A DNA stretch of 64,000 nucleotides, taken from NCBI GenBank assembly GCA_036172245.1, contig JAYWIR010000026.1:868001-932000 (forward strand), read 5' to 3'. The position numbers were made by a program, and so were the translations under genes. The DNA comes from Raillietiella orientalis. Its lineage: Eukaryota. Below are positions 35,430 to 47,579 of this stretch, one piece after another. The first letter of the stretch is position 1. The number at the start of each line of letters is the position of its first letter. The notes beneath the pieces were generated by a model. The model had not been told where the DNA came from and ran no database searches. It saw nothing but the letters and a program-made list of their open reading frames with translations.

Positions 35430-38400
35430 ACATCCCAGTGAAGAACCCTGCCGAGATCGTGCCCCGGCACGCCTGCTGTGTCAGCCTTTGAAGACGATCT
35501 GCTGCTGCTTCCTGGGTCCATCCCGGCTTGTGCGCTCGAGGACTTCGAGTTGCTCCGCCGCGGGACGGCCTGGAAGTGAACAGGGCGAAGTCATCCATCG
35601 TATATGTCAGCACAGCTTGGGCTGGACGGTCGGACTGGATCCGCCTGGGGAGCACACGGGCAGGTGCTTCAAGTACCTTGTCGTTCCGTTGGGGGACTTC
35701 TGCGTGACAGAAGCCTGGTCCCACCGTCTCCAAAAGACATCGTTGGCGATCGACGCGTTCCAACACAAGTTTTACTTGCAGGAACGGCCGCGGTGTGAAA
35801 CGCGTTTGTGGTCCCCCTTCTTCGCCCCCTACTTTTTGTGCCCCGCCCCTCACTGTGAGAAAAAGAGCAGCGAGCCTCCTAAGGACAGTCCTTTGGGCCA
35901 AAGAGAGGTCCCGTGTGCGACTTAAAGACTTGTGCGCTCCACGTAGGGAAGGTGGACTTGGTCTGCTGACGTTGGAGCGCATGGAGCGTCAGCTGCAGAT
36001 TAGGAAACTTGCCCTTGTGTCGAAATATTGGACAGCACTATGGTGTGCGCCCACACGACTCCTCGCCCACAGAGCAACCAGCTGCAACGGATTGAAGGTC
36101 GGGGAAAACTTCGTCCATCCCCAATGGAGGCACTTCTGTTATTGGGAGAACCTGTAAGGATACACCGCATACAAAGGAGCAGCCCAGCTCGAGGATGTGA
36201 CTACTTGGCTGGTCCGGAACAGAGAGCTAGGAGGCGAGCTAGGAGAGGTGAACTATGGGGCTCTATTGTACGAAGAGGTAGGGAAATACTTGTCCGAGGA
36301 GTGGCGTGCGCCAAGAGAGATTCCCATCGCCAAAGAATGAGTCAGATCGGGGATCTGCACCATGGGGAAGGCTGGAACGGGCAGGAAGACCACCGTTTTG
36401 GTGGACGGGAAGGAGGTAAGAACATCAGCTATGAAGGGAGTTGACGCCGCCGTGTTCTCAGACGAGGAAATCCTACTCATGCTGTACAGGCCTGTGAATG
36501 AAACGATGGTAGTGATCGAAAAAAGTGAACCACGTAAAGTTCGCCCAGTTGTTAAGACCGGCAACGCGGTGAATCGTAAAATGGACTTCTTAGCAGTTGT
36601 TGACAGGGGCTTGTACGGAACGAAGACGACCACGCTCTGCGGCGGCACGGCGGGAAATGAGGATATCGACAAGGTCTTACTTGAGGACGTGGAGTGCCCG
36701 AGGACCTGTAAAGGACCCCTTGACCAGAAAAACTTTGACCAACACCAGTCGAAGTATAGCATAGCTTGTGTGCTTGCTGAGGTAAGGGGCGAAGTCATAG
36801 CGCGTTTTAAGGACTCGCGACCAAATGTGCTTAAGATCTGGGAGGCTCTTTGGGAAAGCGTGTTAGTCAACCAGGTCGAGGTTGTCCTAGGCAACAAGCG
36901 CATGCGGTGGGGGAACGGCATCCCTAGCGGTTGGCGGTGGACCGCCTTGCTTGATACTTTGCTTAACATAGCCAGCTTCCGAGTCGGTGAAGTGTGTCAA
37001 GCTGGGATTAAGCGAGGACTTTCCGGTCTTAAACCATGTCAGCCGAGGTGATGACGTCGTGTTTTCTACTAAGCATTTATAACACGCTAGTTGTCTGGTG
37101 ACTGAATTGAACCGGTTGGGCTACGAAGTACATCCCCATAAGACCTTCGTCTCGCGTCATAGGAGCGAGTTCCTTAGGCGGAGTTATGAGCCAGGAGTCG
37201 TTACGGGCTACAATGCACGAAGCCTCACGTCTATCCTGTACCGGAACCCTATAATCCCTAGTCCTGTCTGCAGAGCCGAGAGGGTATACGGTAGGCTCCG
37301 AATGTGGCATCTGGCGGTATTGAGGGGCAATTCAGCTTCAGCCTGTGCGGAGCTCTTCCTCGAAGACGCCTGCCAGTTAGGGGTCTCCGCCTCCGACGCT
37401 GTGGGGTATGCACTGACCCCAATCCTTGTGGCCAATGACGGTAGACTGAACCATTGTGGGTTTCAGCTACGGGACTTGGTGGCCGTGGTGAGGAACAACC
37501 CGTGGATTTCCTGCAGCCCCGCAAACTGGACTATCTGGCTCCAGGAGTCCGTTTCCGCGTGGGCAAAAATCAACGGCTCCAGCGACGTGGATTTCTCCTG
37601 CCTCCGTCGAGGCAGGAACGCTGGCCAGCCCCTGCGGGAAATCGTTTGCAACCCACGGAAACTTCTATGAGCTTCCTTCACCCCCCTTGCCCCCGTGCTG
37701 CCCTCCCTCAGGGAAGTTAGGGATAGCCAACAGGAGGCATCGTGGGAAGTGTCCTGCCTCATCAGAGGCAGGAAAAAACTGTTTAAGGCGTGGACGTCCC
37801 GGGAACTAGCGGGCGCTACAACCCCGAGTGTCCCAGCAAATGGAATGGTGCGCTGGGGCGAGCTGCTCGACATGCCTTCGGAGAAGTGGCCCCCGGTGTA
37901 TTGGGACAGTGACCCCCTCCCTTTGGATTGGCAGGAGACGGCGCTGCTTGTGCTCCATTGGGGACTTTTAAGCAGAGCACGCCTGTCTCACTGGACATTG
38001 GGGAGATTGGATGCCCATTTTGCAGAGTCCGGGGAAAGGGAGACCTTCCCCACTTAATAATCGAGTGTTGCCCTCTGCAGCATGTGGGATCGACTCTCGT
38101 CAGCCATAAACGCACCGGTGGGCGACCCTAAAAATATTTTCGGCGCCTCTTGATGAGGAACTCCCTGCCAGGTGCCGCGTGGGTTGCAGTTCTCTGCTGC
38201 ATACGGGGAACATTGGACAAGTGGAACGCGTCAATAAGAGGCCGCAGTGGTCGGAATGCCATCCACTGGGCGGTCATCTCAATGAAGAAGGTTTCCCGTT
38301 GGCGCCGGCTGAGTAAAATTCTGCCAGCACTTGTTCGCATCCGGAACCAGATGCAGAGGCCTCCCCTCGGCGATCAGTGATCCTTTCTCTTCCCTCCCCT

Positions 38401-38638
38401 CCCCATAAACAGTCCCTCGAGTGTTTTTCTTTTTTGTGTTTTTGTTTTTTTCTCTTTTTCCCGTCCCCTTCGCCAGTGGAGAGGACCTTACCGGCATACA
38501 AGTTGGACGGGACAAGTGCATAAGACAATAAGAACAATGTGTTCTGACTGGAACACAAGTACAGACGACAGGAGTTCATTATAAAATATATAATTGTAGA
38601 ATTTTTAATAATAAAAGCCCCGGTTTACCCGGGTGAAA
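35430..38638 (+). mobile_element. Segment Q: decayed family-1 element (RT FEDD region to 3' end) carrying a viral insert
   Basis: SCPGTPAVSAFEDDLLLL, LKDLCAPRREGGLG, LPLDWQE, with many frameshifts. 3' motif AATAAA(38610)-CCCGG/CCGGG-TGAAA, then AT-rich host DNA. Confidence 0.88.
36096..37416 (+). pseudogene. Endogenous viral element: toti-like (Ghabrivirales, Giardiavirus-like) RNA-dependent RNA polymerase fragment
   Basis: Ordered RdRp motifs EPRKVRPVV (F), PLDQKNFDQHQ (A), GIPSGWRWTALLDTLLN (B), RGDDVV (C, ~37044, after a +1 frameshift), EFLRR (E). Several in-frame stops. Unrelated to the surrounding LINE ORF2. Confidence 0.9.
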
Positions 38639-38996
38639 ATCATCTCAGAACATTAAGATTTGTGGATATGCCAGTTTAAGAAAAAGAACTCCCAACAGCA
38701 ATATACAATGCAGCTAGATGCAAAATGGAAGATAAAACTTAAGATCGCGAAACGCCAAAGACACACATTGCTAGGAAATATGAATTTCGAAAGTTTCTGG
38801 AATCAGAGATAGCGGATTACAGGTAGAACACAAATCCATAGTATAATTGCATTAAATACGCAACTTTGAATCATCGAAGATGGAAACTCCTTCCTTGAGC
38901 CACCTGCTCTTCGTCTTCACAAATGTACCACATCAAACATTCTTTCGACCGCACTTGAATGAATTATTTTGTGTAACATCGTAGAAATGCATTCGA

Positions 38997-39002
38997 TTTA
39001 TT
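38997..39002 (-). promoter_or_regulatory. Candidate polyadenylation signal of the transporter gene
   Basis: AATAAA on the minus strand about 250 nt downstream of the stop codon. Confidence 0.45.
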
Positions 39003-39253
39003 CCCATGAATGAAATATAAGTAACGTTGAACAATTCTTTTCTAACTCTGAAGGACTTATATATAAATAAATTTTCAGCCTGATGCTTTCACATGTGAAT
39101 CATCAAAAGCACTAAACTTTATAAAAATAGTTCACCTAGAAATATTTGATACTGAAGAAAACTTCAATATTATAATCCGACAGATATGTGCTTAAAAAAC
39201 TGTTTTTGTTCACACGGATTGGTACCTTGGTATTTCATTTCATGTAATGTATG

Positions 39254-42200
39254 TCATACTCTTGTACGCACTTCTTGTTTCCTGGGCTCGAAAGAAACAC
39301 TTTTAGGGCTAGGTACATAACTGTATATGAAAACAGAGCCTATGACTAAAGAAGTCCCAATGATAAATTGGAATGTAATCTTGAAATGAAATAAATAAAC
39401 TGAACCCACACAAGAAAGCACAATCGCCAGTGAAGTGGCAAACCCCTTCAATATGTTATCTGCATACTTGACCACAGCAGCGACTAGCAAACCACCACAA
39501 GCCTGGAGTACCACAAGATACCAAACGAATATGTCATATCCAAAAAAGAATCCCTTTTCTTTGATAGACTCGGCATCAGTACCAAAACATGTCAAAATAC
39601 CAAAGGGGATAGAAAGAAAACTCAATTGAATATTTCTTATCCAGACTGAAATGTCTGAACCTTTAAGAATTTTTTCGAAATAAATTCCTGCAAATCCAGA
39701 AAGAACGCAGGCACCCAGAGCTGCACTGATACCAATCACCTTGGACTGTCCTATTTGGTTGATGGACGAATGTTGCTCTCCGCCTTGAGAGAGCTGCACT
39801 AAAACAACTCCTAAAAATACACACACTGTATTATGACATCCTATGAATTATCCAACTTTTTTCATAGAAAAGTGTCTTTTTGTTAGTAAAAAATACTTTT
39901 CTTTGGTCAGTGTTCTTACCTATTATTAGCTGAACTAGAGAAAACCATTGCAACGACTTCAAAGAACGCTTTAGGATAACAACTGCAAACACCGCAGTAG
40001 TCAAAATTTTTAGTTGATATGTAACCTAGTTAAGCAGGGAGAGGGGGGAAAAAAAGGCTTAATTCAGAGCATCACATTATAGGGAAACAAAGTTGCGGCA
40101 ATACTGATCAATTTTAAACGCCGAGACTCAAAACAAGCAATCTTTGAACAAGAAATCATAAACGTTCGCTCAAATCTGCAAACACGAAAACAAAAAAATA
40201 CACAAACCACTCTACACTAGACGAAGTGAAACAAAAATGTAAGTAGCTATTTTAATAATTTTCATTTTTGCGAGGGAAATTGAATACCCTCCCCCCCTTC
40301 GCAGAAAACTGCATGCAAAAACACGTTCATATAATATAATTACCATTTCAAATATTCAAAACACACGATGTGCTTCGGAAGAGTTTCCAATGAAGTTTCA
40401 TCGTTTATTAATCAGAGTGGCTGAAAGGTTTTGAATTAATATCCTGTGGATCTTGCATACAACTTCAAGGAAAATGACGAAGAAATTTATAAACTACAAA
40501 TCAAATCGCCGACAGCAGTCACAATTCCGGTCAAAAATATCGACAACATAAAATTTCTGTATCAGTTTACAACACGTTCTTCCAGAACTTCCCCAACGAC
40601 TCTCAAGCAAAAACTTTTCGTAATCCAAGAACAAATTCGTAAGGCATGCAATCCGGTGAAATGGGTGGCCATTTCGTACGTTGCTCATGAAAGGATAAAA
40701 ACGGAGCTTTTTGCTTTGAAGCAGGAATCGAAGTTGAAACAGCGATATGGGATACCCCGTCCGGGGCAATAAGTTAAGCAAACGGCGCTGATCAGTGCAC
40801 TTTATGAATTGTATAAAACCAACAGCAGCGTTTCTTCGCTGCCAGGCTTTTGGGTAACTTTGAAAACCGAAGCGAGCATCAAGATCAGAGATTACGACAC
40901 ATAAAATTCCGAAGCACAAAATTTATGAATCGGCGATTTCCTTTTTCTTCGAAATTCCGTACAACTTTGGTCAGCAGAAAGTTATCAGAAGTTTTACGCT
41001 TTCGTTAATCGGAAACGCTGTATACCTGAGAATGTTTAAAACAATTAAAGATGTGCTTGATACAATCTAGTGTTTTCACTTTCACTTCAGTCTTCCACAA
41101 AACACATCCTTTGAAAATATAGAAACCATTTGCAAACTGCCGGATGCAATACTGTGTGCACTTTCTATGTACTGCACTGTATACTGTGTATACTTACTAG
41201 GCCCAAGAAACAACCAATTTGTTCATAATCATATGTTTCTTTTGATGACTGAACTTCCTTTAAGTTTAATTAGTTTTTCTTTATTGAAAAATAGGCACAG
41301 CACATGTAAACAGAGAACAACTATAAAGGCGAAAATACTTGAGTTACTCTGGAAAAATTTTTTTAGCTCTATTACTAAACAGTTCCACCTCCTAGATTGA
41401 AGGCTGTTTGTTGCTGGGACAAAAAACCATAGTCAAATTATGTTGTTCTCTCATTGAAACCATTCCCTGTTTCCTGTCACTCAGAAAAAAATGTTTCCAC
41501 TATGACAAAGAAAACAAACAGTGACTGTTGCCCCAAATTTAAAGTAAATGCACAGTGGTTGAATTCTGAGCAGAAGCACTAATATCTGGACTTTAATTGA
41601 ATTATGACCTAAATTAGACAAATCCGTATCACACCCTTGTACTTGTTTTTTGAAGGAAAAATAAATAAAACTTCAGGTCTACAATTCTCTGATTGAAAGA
41701 CAATGGGGTTTGCAATGTTCTGAAGAATCGCAGTTTAATTTTAAAAACAAACAGTTTTTATACACACCAGTGGTAATGCAAATACAGAGCTAATACAAAG
41801 TTCTCAAACTTTTTAACAAATGTTTTCCAACTATAAATGCTGGAGTGCTCTTAGCATCAAAATCTGTAATGACAAATGCTGAATTTGTTCATGATAGCAA
41901 GCAGCTCCAAATCCAATACAATTAAAATTATAAAATTAATCATACAGTATTGTTAAAAAGAATACTATTCTTGACCCCATCATCCATGCTCCTCCTACTA
42001 TGTACACGATAACATTGATTTGCATACAATTATTTTTACCATGAAAGTAGCACTCAGATCATTTGCTTAAGATATTTGTGACTGGAAAGACGTGACGAAA
42101 GCTTTTTGGATTTGCTATTCATAACTTTTGTCGATGAGCATTATCATTTCTTCATTAATGTGTACTCATACATATAAGTGATTGCAACTAAGTATTGAAA

Positions 42201-44146
42201 TTGTATCAAAATTTCAAGTTGGAATAACAGATTAAGAACTTTGCTTTTTCTTTAAAACAAAAAAAGAATTCGAAAAGTTCCCAATTTGCTATTCCAACTT
42301 TCAATCCCAAAATTACATTACAGTTAAAAATCACCAAACAAAAGCACTAACTTATTATGGATGATATCCTTTGAACAAACCTTCTTCAGAAAGATAACAT
42401 CTAGTTCTCAAAATCTAAAATTCACAATCAAGTTCATTTACCCCAACATTTCTGGCAGCTCTTTCATTTTTTGAATGCTCATCCTATGTCCTCATGAACC
42501 AGCAATCAATAAAAATTCATGAATCAGCAAGTTTCTTCCCAAACAGATATTCAAAATCCTCTCTTATTTCACTGACTCTCTTTTGATAATTTCTCTCACT
42601 TAATTTTTATCCAATTCCTACAAAACATCAAAGCACACACACTCATGGTAACAAAGGAAAAATAAATCTGTTTTAAGGAAACCTTGCTAACTTTTAAAAG
42701 GCTACAAATGCTTTCAATCAACTCTAAATAATATCAAAATTTCAGGAGTCATTTCCACCTTCCCAGTATTTCATTCCATACAATAGTCAGCTCATATTTG
42801 TGATTCAACACAATTGCCAAATCCTATAATCCATATTTTGCTTTACCTCTCACTAATAAAATTCATGTTTTCTTATATCTGTCAATTATTATGTATTTCT
42901 TTTATGATTACACGGAGCAATTCCTTTTTCCTTTCATCCAAATGTACATTGCACATGATACAACAATTAAAAACCTTTTAATCACATACTATTGAAAAAA
43001 TCATTATTCAGTCTCTATTGTTGAAGGATCTTTTGAAAGTCTCTTTCCTATACAACCTTAGTGCATGAAAATTTTGTATATGCAACTTCCACAATGTGAA
43101 ATTTTCTAGAACTAAGTATCATTCATACTCTGAAAATCACTAGCACATGACATATGGAATTCTCCTGTATGGATTAATCCACCAATTTCCTTAATATTAT
43201 TCAGTTCCCACCAGCTTATTAATTATAAAGTTAGATGTTCCATGGGCTACATTTAATATCAATGAAGCTAATAACCACTAATCAAGCCTCTAATGGTTTT
43301 CTATCACAGTCTGGGTAAAACTCGTAGTTAACTCGTAAATTTCGATTCATATAACAAAAGATACTGCATGAATCAAAAACAATTAGCACTTTAATAGCAT
43401 TCAAAAAAGATATACAGATCACAAATGTGTTCATATATGAGAAAATATATTCCTAACTAAATCATTTTTAAATAAAAAAATTATTAAGAAGGAATCTTGA
43501 TGAAAACTACATACCTGATATGTTGCAGCATCTAAATTGGATGCACTGAGATATAATAAGTTATTCTGAATTACATAAAGCAATGATGGAATGCACACTT
43601 TCAATGTATCCACGTAGTTCTGAATTACTAAATCAGTAAAAACAGAGAGGAGCTTCTTAAAGTTCTTTTGTTTCTCAAAGAACACCAAAATTAAGCATAC
43701 GCAGAATTTTACAACTTCAGAGCAGAGAACAGCTGAAAATTCATCAAACACACATTAAACTAATTTATCGAGATAATAAATAATCTTAATCGATGGTTTC
43801 CACAAAAGTGCAATTAAAATAAAATTAAGTGCAAGGCAATTATGGTTTCAATATTTGCAAATAATATTCCCATTAGTTACTTGCAAAGCACTGATTAAGT
43901 AAAAAAGTGGGACTTTAGAAAGACTTGACAAATTTAGGTACCTGTCGATGACATGAACATATTTCCTGCTCTAGTCCTGGCATACCTCATGCTCAAAACC
44001 ACAACTGCATTTTGTAAAGTAAGTGAAACAATACTAACATATTTCAGGAATTTCACATCTATGAATGGTTTGAAATATTAATGCAGAGTTTCTTGCTTAT
44101 ATGATCACTTACCACCACCTATGCTGGTTTCCTTCCCTTTCTTCAT
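39254..44146 (-). CDS. SLC35A2: Nucleotide-sugar (UDP-galactose/UDP-GlcNAc) transporter, SLC35A family, 343 aa; coding exons 44146-44113, 44058-43942, 43732-43515, 40025-39920, 39810-39254
   Basis: Spliced translation MKKGKETSIGGDVKFLKYVSIVSLTLQNA...IPSLLYVIQNNLLY...LDAATYQVTYQLKILTTA...SGFAGIYFEKILK...GGLLVAAVVKYADNILKGFATSL. All introns are GT-AG and phases are consistent (1032 nt). The A2 versus A3 assignment is tentative. Confidence 0.92.
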
Positions 44147-47100
44147 TTCACTATTAGAGATTAGCAGAAAAATACAGGCACCTTTATATTGCAGATTTTA
44201 TCACATGTACATTCAAATGTAAATGGGCGGATACATAATGAAAGGATGCAAGGAACATACTAAAAGCTATTGCTCACAACGCTGTGCTGCACCATGGATG
44301 TAATACTTAATTCCTATTGTAGTTTGGGGCTTCATTCACATAACTGGTTCGTATCCCTTCAGAACAAAAACTAATTTATTCACCATAGCAATAATAACAT
44401 TTGGCTTACTGAATGCAAAATAACACATAATAAGATCTCAAATACTTCTCAAAATGAATGTCTAAACTGGTTTACTATAACTTTAATAAACACTGAGTAT
44501 ATGAACCCGGTGCTCAAAACACTGTTTTCCGAAAAACGTTGGGATATGAAAAACGTGTTTTGCTTGGGATCTTAATTTGGAGCAAAACAACCCCTTGCAC
44601 AAATTTATGCAGCCCACCGCAATGGACCGCAATGCTGTGAGGCCTCAACTTGGCTCGGACCAATTCCATGCACGAATTGTGGAAAATTTAAATGCAACGT
44701 TGCACCGGTAAAAGACCACAAGGGTGCACAAATGTTTTTCGTGCCCGGTCATTCAAATTTGAAGTGCATGACATCTCATAAATGAAAAAGAACCGCAAAT
44801 AAAATTGTAATTCGTTTATGTGGAAAAGGAAAATAAGGGATATCTATTATGGATTTAGCATAAATTATAGGGTTTCTACTTTGTTTGTTGGGGACTTATT
44901 GGGATAATAATTTTGGAAAGTTTTACTAATAATTTTTGAATCTCTAGCAAAGTATCTAAAAATAGATTAAATAATGACAGGTTTTTATGTAAAAGCACAT
45001 TTCACACCTCCCGTAAACGTAAATTCATTTCCCTTCCCCCCTAAGAAAAAAAAACCCTATTCCATTTTCGATTTTCCAGTTTCAGCCTAATCACATTACA
45101 TCTATGTTCTAAAGGCTCACGTAAAAAAGAATCTTCTGAAACAGATTTCTATGATGGTATGAGAAGTGTCTATGGAGTGTGTATGAGGAGCTTTTCTTGG
45201 CATACCATCTTTTGGGATTTTCTTTGTCATATTTGTTTTAGTATAATTGTATTCTTGTTACAAATAGTATGCTTGTTCATCTACAAACACACGGTTTGAA
45301 AAAGTTTTCTCAGGTCGCAAAAAGTCTGATTCTTTTCCTTACTATCATGCTTCCCAAAAATTAGAAAATTGTGCCCCAGTGCTTCTCCAATCTTTGTACC
45401 TGAGCTGAAAATAAATATTCATTATTCAGATTACTCAAATATTATTCAGGTATTAATTATTATATATGTAATTATTGCGATTTCTTGAGAAGATCGTGGA
45501 GAAATATCAAACTATAGCAAGGGAAAAAAATCACGTTTACGCTCAAGAATTCAGCTAAATAACTAGCAAATATATATTAGTAACTGAAGGGAATTGAAAT
45601 GTAGTGTCTGACATAACTTCATTTTTTTTTACTCCTCATTCATACTGAAAATGACATTTGTTCATTGAAACCATCAGAAAGCATGCAACAGCCTCCTCAC
45701 ACATAGTACCTTAAATTCGCAACTCTAGTTTTAAAAATACATTATGCAAACTGTTCTACATTCAGATACTTGACATTGGGGATTGAATCACTTTATACTT
45801 CTATATTTGTTAGGGAATGATAAATTGAAGATATCTCAAACTGGAAATCTTATAAGAAATTTCTATTAAAGCCTCTATGAACTGAAAATATTTCCATACT
45901 TCCATACTTTTTGATTTAAAACATGCATTTAAAAAAATTCAATTCACATTTCATAGTTCTAATGTGAAATACTAATAAACTTCAGTTCAGACAATGGTGG
46001 TATCCAAATTCCCTTTTTTGAAAAAAAAAGAAATGAAAAGAAGGGAAAACAAAACTCACACAAAGTAAAGGGAAACAAGTATCACTCCGGAAATCTGCAA
46101 ACGTGAATACGTGTCATGTTTAAAGCAGATGTAAAAAGAAAAACTGAAGGACATTCAAAATATGAATCTGAATCATATTATTCTGAACTCGCCATTTGAA
46201 TTTACCGCGAAACTGTAGTAAAATCACCACAGCAATACTTGTGTTTTTCCTTTCTATTCAACTAATGCATCTAGCTTCGTTATGCAGGATAACATGGTCC
46301 ACAGATGACTGTTTTGAGACGAATTTTCAAATAGGAAGAAACAGATGCACCGAGTTTGATGTTTTAATCTTGACGCAAGACTTTAATTTCAGTGTTTGCC
46401 TTTGGAATGTTATGCTATAGAATTTATCGTCAGAATATCTGATACACTGCTTTAGGTGGTAGACTTTTTCTTATGGCTCAAACATTATTTGGATAGCTCT
46501 CCACTAAGTTCCAGGAAGTATCCGATTGAAAGCCAGAATGCAATGACCTAAGCGACATCAATTTATTGAAGAGGTCATTGACAGAGCGCTTGATGAAACA
46601 ATATGCACAGACTGAATGCCAATCATATGAGGGAAATAACAGGGGATGTTTTCGTATTTCAAATGGGCAGTTTTGTGCTCACAAAAGAAGTGACACAAAA
46701 GGAATGAATCATATTGTAATGCATCATTCCATGCGTCCCTAGGCAACAGTATACGTGTCAATATTAGCATTTCCTTTTCCTTTTTTTCCATTTCATGATG
46801 TATTTGTATCTGACAGTGAGGTTAAAGATGACTAAATCATTCCAAAATGTGTTTTGAGGATGCTCAGGAAGTATATTCAGATGACATTTAGACAAATCGG
46901 CTGCTCACCCTGGTTATCTACAGTTCTGTTCAGTAATCTGTAAACGTGCAAAAAATTGGATTATATGAGTAATGATAGTGCCATTCTGCAAAGAGTACAT
47001 CATAACTATCTTCAAGTTTATAATGTTCAACAAAAGGTCCAAGTGCACAAAATGCAAGTGGAAACCAAACTGAAATAAATGAAAATCATTGAAAATTCGA

Positions 47101-47579
47101 TGTCTGCTCAAAACCTCAAGTCATCTGTGGCAAAATGGAATCCATTAGAGTGAAAATAAACTTTGGTAAAACAAACGCTCGCTCATCCCTATTTAATTTG
47201 AATTTTATGTACAAGTCTCTCATTTACTTAAGCTTGCCTCAAGCTTATAATCTATTGAGAGATAATTTCAATTTTTCACAGGTTCCACAGGCGGTGGGGT
47301 GAGCTTGTCATCGACAAGTTTTAACATTAAACTCAAAAGGTTTTCGAACAAACTTTAACTATTTTTGAACACTCACATAACACTGCACTTTGCACGAAAG
47401 TTCACCTGAATGTCGCATCCTAGTGCTTCGTCCTAAACGCTGTTCGCTCTGGATCGTCTCTTTAGCAACGGTAAAGAGGAGCGTCGGTTTTGTTTTGCAT
47501 CCATCGGACCATCTGCAGTTTACGCGGGATGCACCTGAGTGTCCACCAAAGTACTTAATTTCTGCAGTCGCGACACGAC

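Noticed and set aside
1..38638. Group II introns, retrons, DGR or telomeric head-to-tail retrotransposon array
   Set aside because: The RTs are fused to an APE endonuclease and paired with a zinc-knuckle ORF1. TSDs show internal nesting in alternating orientation, and there are no telomeric repeats.
1..38638. Many 60-400 aa alternative-frame and antisense ORFs
   Set aside because: They are shadow ORFs of GC-rich LINE coding sequence with no independent motifs.
3268..38641. Recurrent hairpin motif read as CRISPR repeats, integron attC sites or bacterial terminators
   Set aside because: The DNA is eukaryotic (spliced host gene). The motif occurs on both strands at kb-scale irregular spacing and always ends a LINE 3' UTR.
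40446..40919. Overlapping ORFs in the large transporter intron
   Set aside because: No recognisable domain or splice support; possibly a repeat remnant.
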